From contig OZ287073.1 of the NCBI GenBank assembly GCA_965645245.1, positions 620,001-684,000 on the forward strand: 64,000 nt of DNA. Direction: 5' to 3'. Position numbers and translations under genes: made by a program. The DNA comes from Massalongia carnosa (taxonomy: Eukaryota). Positions 60,799 to 64,000 of this stretch are shown piece after piece. Within the stretch, counting starts at the first letter, position 1. Each line of letters opens with the position of its first letter. The notes beneath the pieces were generated by a model, which searched no databases, was not told where the DNA came from, and saw only the letters and a program-made list of their open reading frames with translations.

Positions 60799-63771
60799 TT
60801 CCTGATGATAGTCGCCATCAGGAATGTCGAGAAGTTTTATTAATGGTTGTTAGAGCATCTGTTCTTTCTATCGATCATCTCGTTCCGGGCAAGCATCTTT
60901 TATTTAGATGTAGTATAGCCTCTAATGAAAATCAGTTGATGATCGATAACGGAAGTGAAGCTCAATTTCTTCATGAATCCTTTGCGCGCAAAAGAAAACT
61001 AGAGACCATTAGACTAAAAAAAAGAGACAGGGTCAGACTGGAACTTGGGGATGGAAAAGTCCATCAAATCATTGATAAGGCCGTTATCGTTCCCGTCAGA
61101 ATCGGAGATCATGAGGAAAAGTTATTCTGCTATCTGGCCGACATAGGTAATCATACCTTAATCATCGGTGATGGATGGCTGCAGGAGCATAACCCTCACA
61201 TTGATTGGGTTGAACGCACCATGACGTTCTCCAATCGGTGCGTCAGTAAGGGATGCGCACCTCGATCTCATTCAGTCTCAAAATTTGAATCCACAATCTT
61301 GGAGAAGGAAACGACTGCCTCAGCAAAGAACGAGGCCTTTGAAAATTTTGATATTCAGTCCCTCACCCCGAAGCGATTTATGAAACTTCTTCGAAGATCG
61401 GGTCATCAGACTTACTGTTTCTATCCGAGGGAAAAGCTCAACAAGAAGTTAGATAGGTACGAGAAGAAGCTTCTGACTGCTTCAAGTATCAACGCAGTCA
61501 CCAGCGACGATCATGAGAAGTTCATGAAAGACAAAGTCGAATATACTCTGGAAGAATTTAAAAAACGAGTACCCGAGGCCTATCATGGCGAGATTGAAGT
61601 CTTCATGAGGGCTAAGGCAGACGAGTTGGCACCTCATCGAAAAGAGGATCACGAAATCAATTTGATGCCCGGGATCGAGCCCCCGTTCATCAAGAATTAT
61701 CGGCCCATGTCCGAACAGGAATTGACCGCGGTAAGAAAATATCTAGATGAGCACTTAGCAAAAGGGTTTATTCGTCCGAGCTCGTCAAAGGCGGCCGCGC
61801 CGGTACTAATGGTCAGGAAACCAGGCGGGGGTCTTCGCTTTTGTGTAGATTATCGAGATCTGAATAATATCACGGAGAAAAGTCGATACCCCATTCCATT
61901 GATCAGCGAGACATTGGCGAAACTCGCCAAAGCAAAGTGGTTTACTAAATTGGACGTCATTCATGCATTCAATAGGATGAGGATTAAAGAGGGACAAGAG
62001 TGGCTCACGGCGTTCAATACTCGATACGGTCAATTTAAATATCTTGTGATGCCTTCGGACTATGCAACGCTCCATCAACATTTCAGAGCTATATCAATAA
62101 CTCCCTGCGAGAATACTTAGATTATTTCGTCACCGCCTATCTGGACGACGTACTGGTGTTCAGTGAAACAGAAACGGAGCACATCGAGCAGGTACTGAAG
62201 GTACTTCGTCGTCTGAAAGAAAGAGGACTTCAACTGGACATAGACAAGTGTGAATTCTCTGTCTCCGAAGTCAAGTACCTCGGAATGTTCGTGGGGGTAA
62301 ATGGCGTTAGAATGGACCCAGAAAAGGTGACGGCCATACTAGAATGGAAGACGCCCGCGTCAGTAAAAGAGGTGCAGTCCTTTCTTGGATTCGCTAACTT
62401 CTATCGTCGCTTCATTGAGCGATTCTCCGAAAAGGTGAAGTGTCTGACCGAGCTAACCCGCGGAGAGCAATATGTCACGAAAGGCGGAAAGAGACGCACC
62501 AAGTATCAAGACTTCGTGTGGACCACTGAATGTCAGCAAGCTTTCGAAGACATGAAGATTTCTTTTACCTCTGCGCCGATTCTTGCTCATTACGACCCAA
62601 GGCTAGAGACCTGGGTGGAGACAGACGCATCTGACTTCGTAGTATCGGGGATACTCTCTCAGATGCATGAAGGCGTTCTGAAACCCGTGGCTTATTTCTC
62701 GAAGAAGATGAGCCCCGCCGAATGCAATTATGAGATCTACGATAAAGAACTCCTAGCCATCGTAGAAAGTTTCGTCATCTGGAGACCGGAGCTAGCGGGA
62801 GTGGAGCAATCAACAAAGGTCTACTCAGATCATAAGAATCTGGAGACCTTCATGACTTTGAAACAACTAAATCGCCGTCAAGTGCGTTGGGCTGAGATGC
62901 TGGCGGAATATAATTTTCGCATTATGTATAGACCAGGCAAGCAAGGGGGCAAACCGGACGCCCTCACCAGAAAAGAGCAAGATCTGCCGATGGACGCGGA
63001 GGATGATCGCACCAGATATCAATATCAGGTGCTGCTAAAAGAAAATCAGCTGGACGATGAAGTGAAACAGGACCTGAAGCTGTACGTGACAACCAGATCC
63101 ATGGCCAATCGAGAACGGGTTGAAGACAACATTACTACTGACTCATCCGATCAAATCAGGGATGAGGAAGTAGAGGACTTGACGGTAGAGGAGTTCACAA
63201 TCAATTCGAATGATGATTCGGATGCAGAAAAGCCTGATGAATTATTAGAAAATCTTTTAGCGGAGGCATATCAAGAAGACGCAATGATTCAGGAAGTCAT
63301 GAAGGCTAAGTTGGAAAATCTGAAGAAATTGCCCGATAAAATTCTAAGCAACGGGCTGAGACTGGCGATGGGTGACTTGGAAGTCCGTCACGAAAGACTA
63401 TACTACAAAACACGCCTCTTCATTCCGAATTTCGACAAGCTGAAGCTGCGTCTTTTATCGGATCATCATAATCCCCCGATGCAAGGACACCCCGGGTATC
63501 GAGGCATGTATACCAAAATGCTGGAGAACTATTTCTGGATGTCCATGAAGGATGATTGTCGAAGATACGCTACTAACTGCTCTACATGCCGAAGGTCCAA
63601 GGCGTACAACGATCAGAAACAGGGACTATTAGCCCCACTACCCATACCTCAAAGAAAATGGACAGACGTATCTCTGGACTTTGTAGTCAAACTGCCCAAA
63701 TGTCACAGACGGGGCCGGACGTACGAAAATATCTTGGTTATCGTGGACAGATTGACCAAACGTAGGTTGTA
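60781..63771 (+). pseudogene. pol: gypsy-3 pol, one frameshift at ~62055
   Basis: IDNGSE; RT; YLDD at 62138 in the second frame; TDAS; HHCC; ends at KRRLY. Confidence 0.92.
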
Positions 63772-64000
63772 CAAATCGGGTCTAGGAAGTCAGCAAACAC
63801 TTCGCTTAATTTCCCCTCATATAAATTCCCCTCTTACTTCACCCTCCCCTTTCTCCATCAATTTTCATCTGATCAACGAAATGCCTTCCAAACCCAAGAC
63901 GGCCAGACGTGAACATTCGTCTGAAACCATTGCTATCGTTGTAGCTCTTCATGAAGTCCACTATTCCTATGCTGAAATAGCCCGTCAAGTTCGGCTGGCC
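63772..64000 (+). mobile_element. Start of a Tc1/mariner-like DNA transposon
   Basis: Begins after TA (63770-71); ORF from 63881 MPSKPKTARREHSSETIAIVVALHEVHYSYAEIARQV (HTH-like) runs off the window. Confidence 0.65.

Larger units (their letters stand above)
58989..63771 (+). mobile_element. Decayed gypsy (gypsy-3, related to gypsy-2), cut in integrase by a DNA transposon
   Basis: 5' LTR starting tgtcagggtcct; gag and pol homologous to gypsy-2. Confidence 0.93.

Overview
Eukaryotic, almost certainly filamentous-ascomycete DNA (a powdery-mildew-like TE complement is my inference). No host gene could be supported. Nearly all 64 kb is nested transposable elements. (1) About 15 copies or fragments of a Tad-clade LINE (ORF1 with CCHC knuckles; ORF2 APE-RT-RNaseH-CCHC; TAATG stop/start overlap; (TAAA)n tail) in three subfamilies that I label A1, A2 and B, plus a more distant LINE (C). 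(2) Two intact Ty3/gypsy chromoviruses with identical LTRs and TTTAA target duplications, and a third, decayed gypsy. (3) A decayed Ty1/copia. (4) A Fot1/pogo DNA transposon, a MULE relic and the start of a Tc1-like element. The most notable non-obvious signals are: an ~880-nt LINE 5'UTR whose helices show compensatory changes between subfamilies; a conserved stem just after the TAATG overlap; Tf1-type self-priming sites in all three gypsy elements; non-canonical protease motifs; a pogo whose two ends sit in different TA sites of one LINE with an inversion; and an in-frame gypsy-pol/Tc1-transposase read-through. All alignments and foldings were done by eye.
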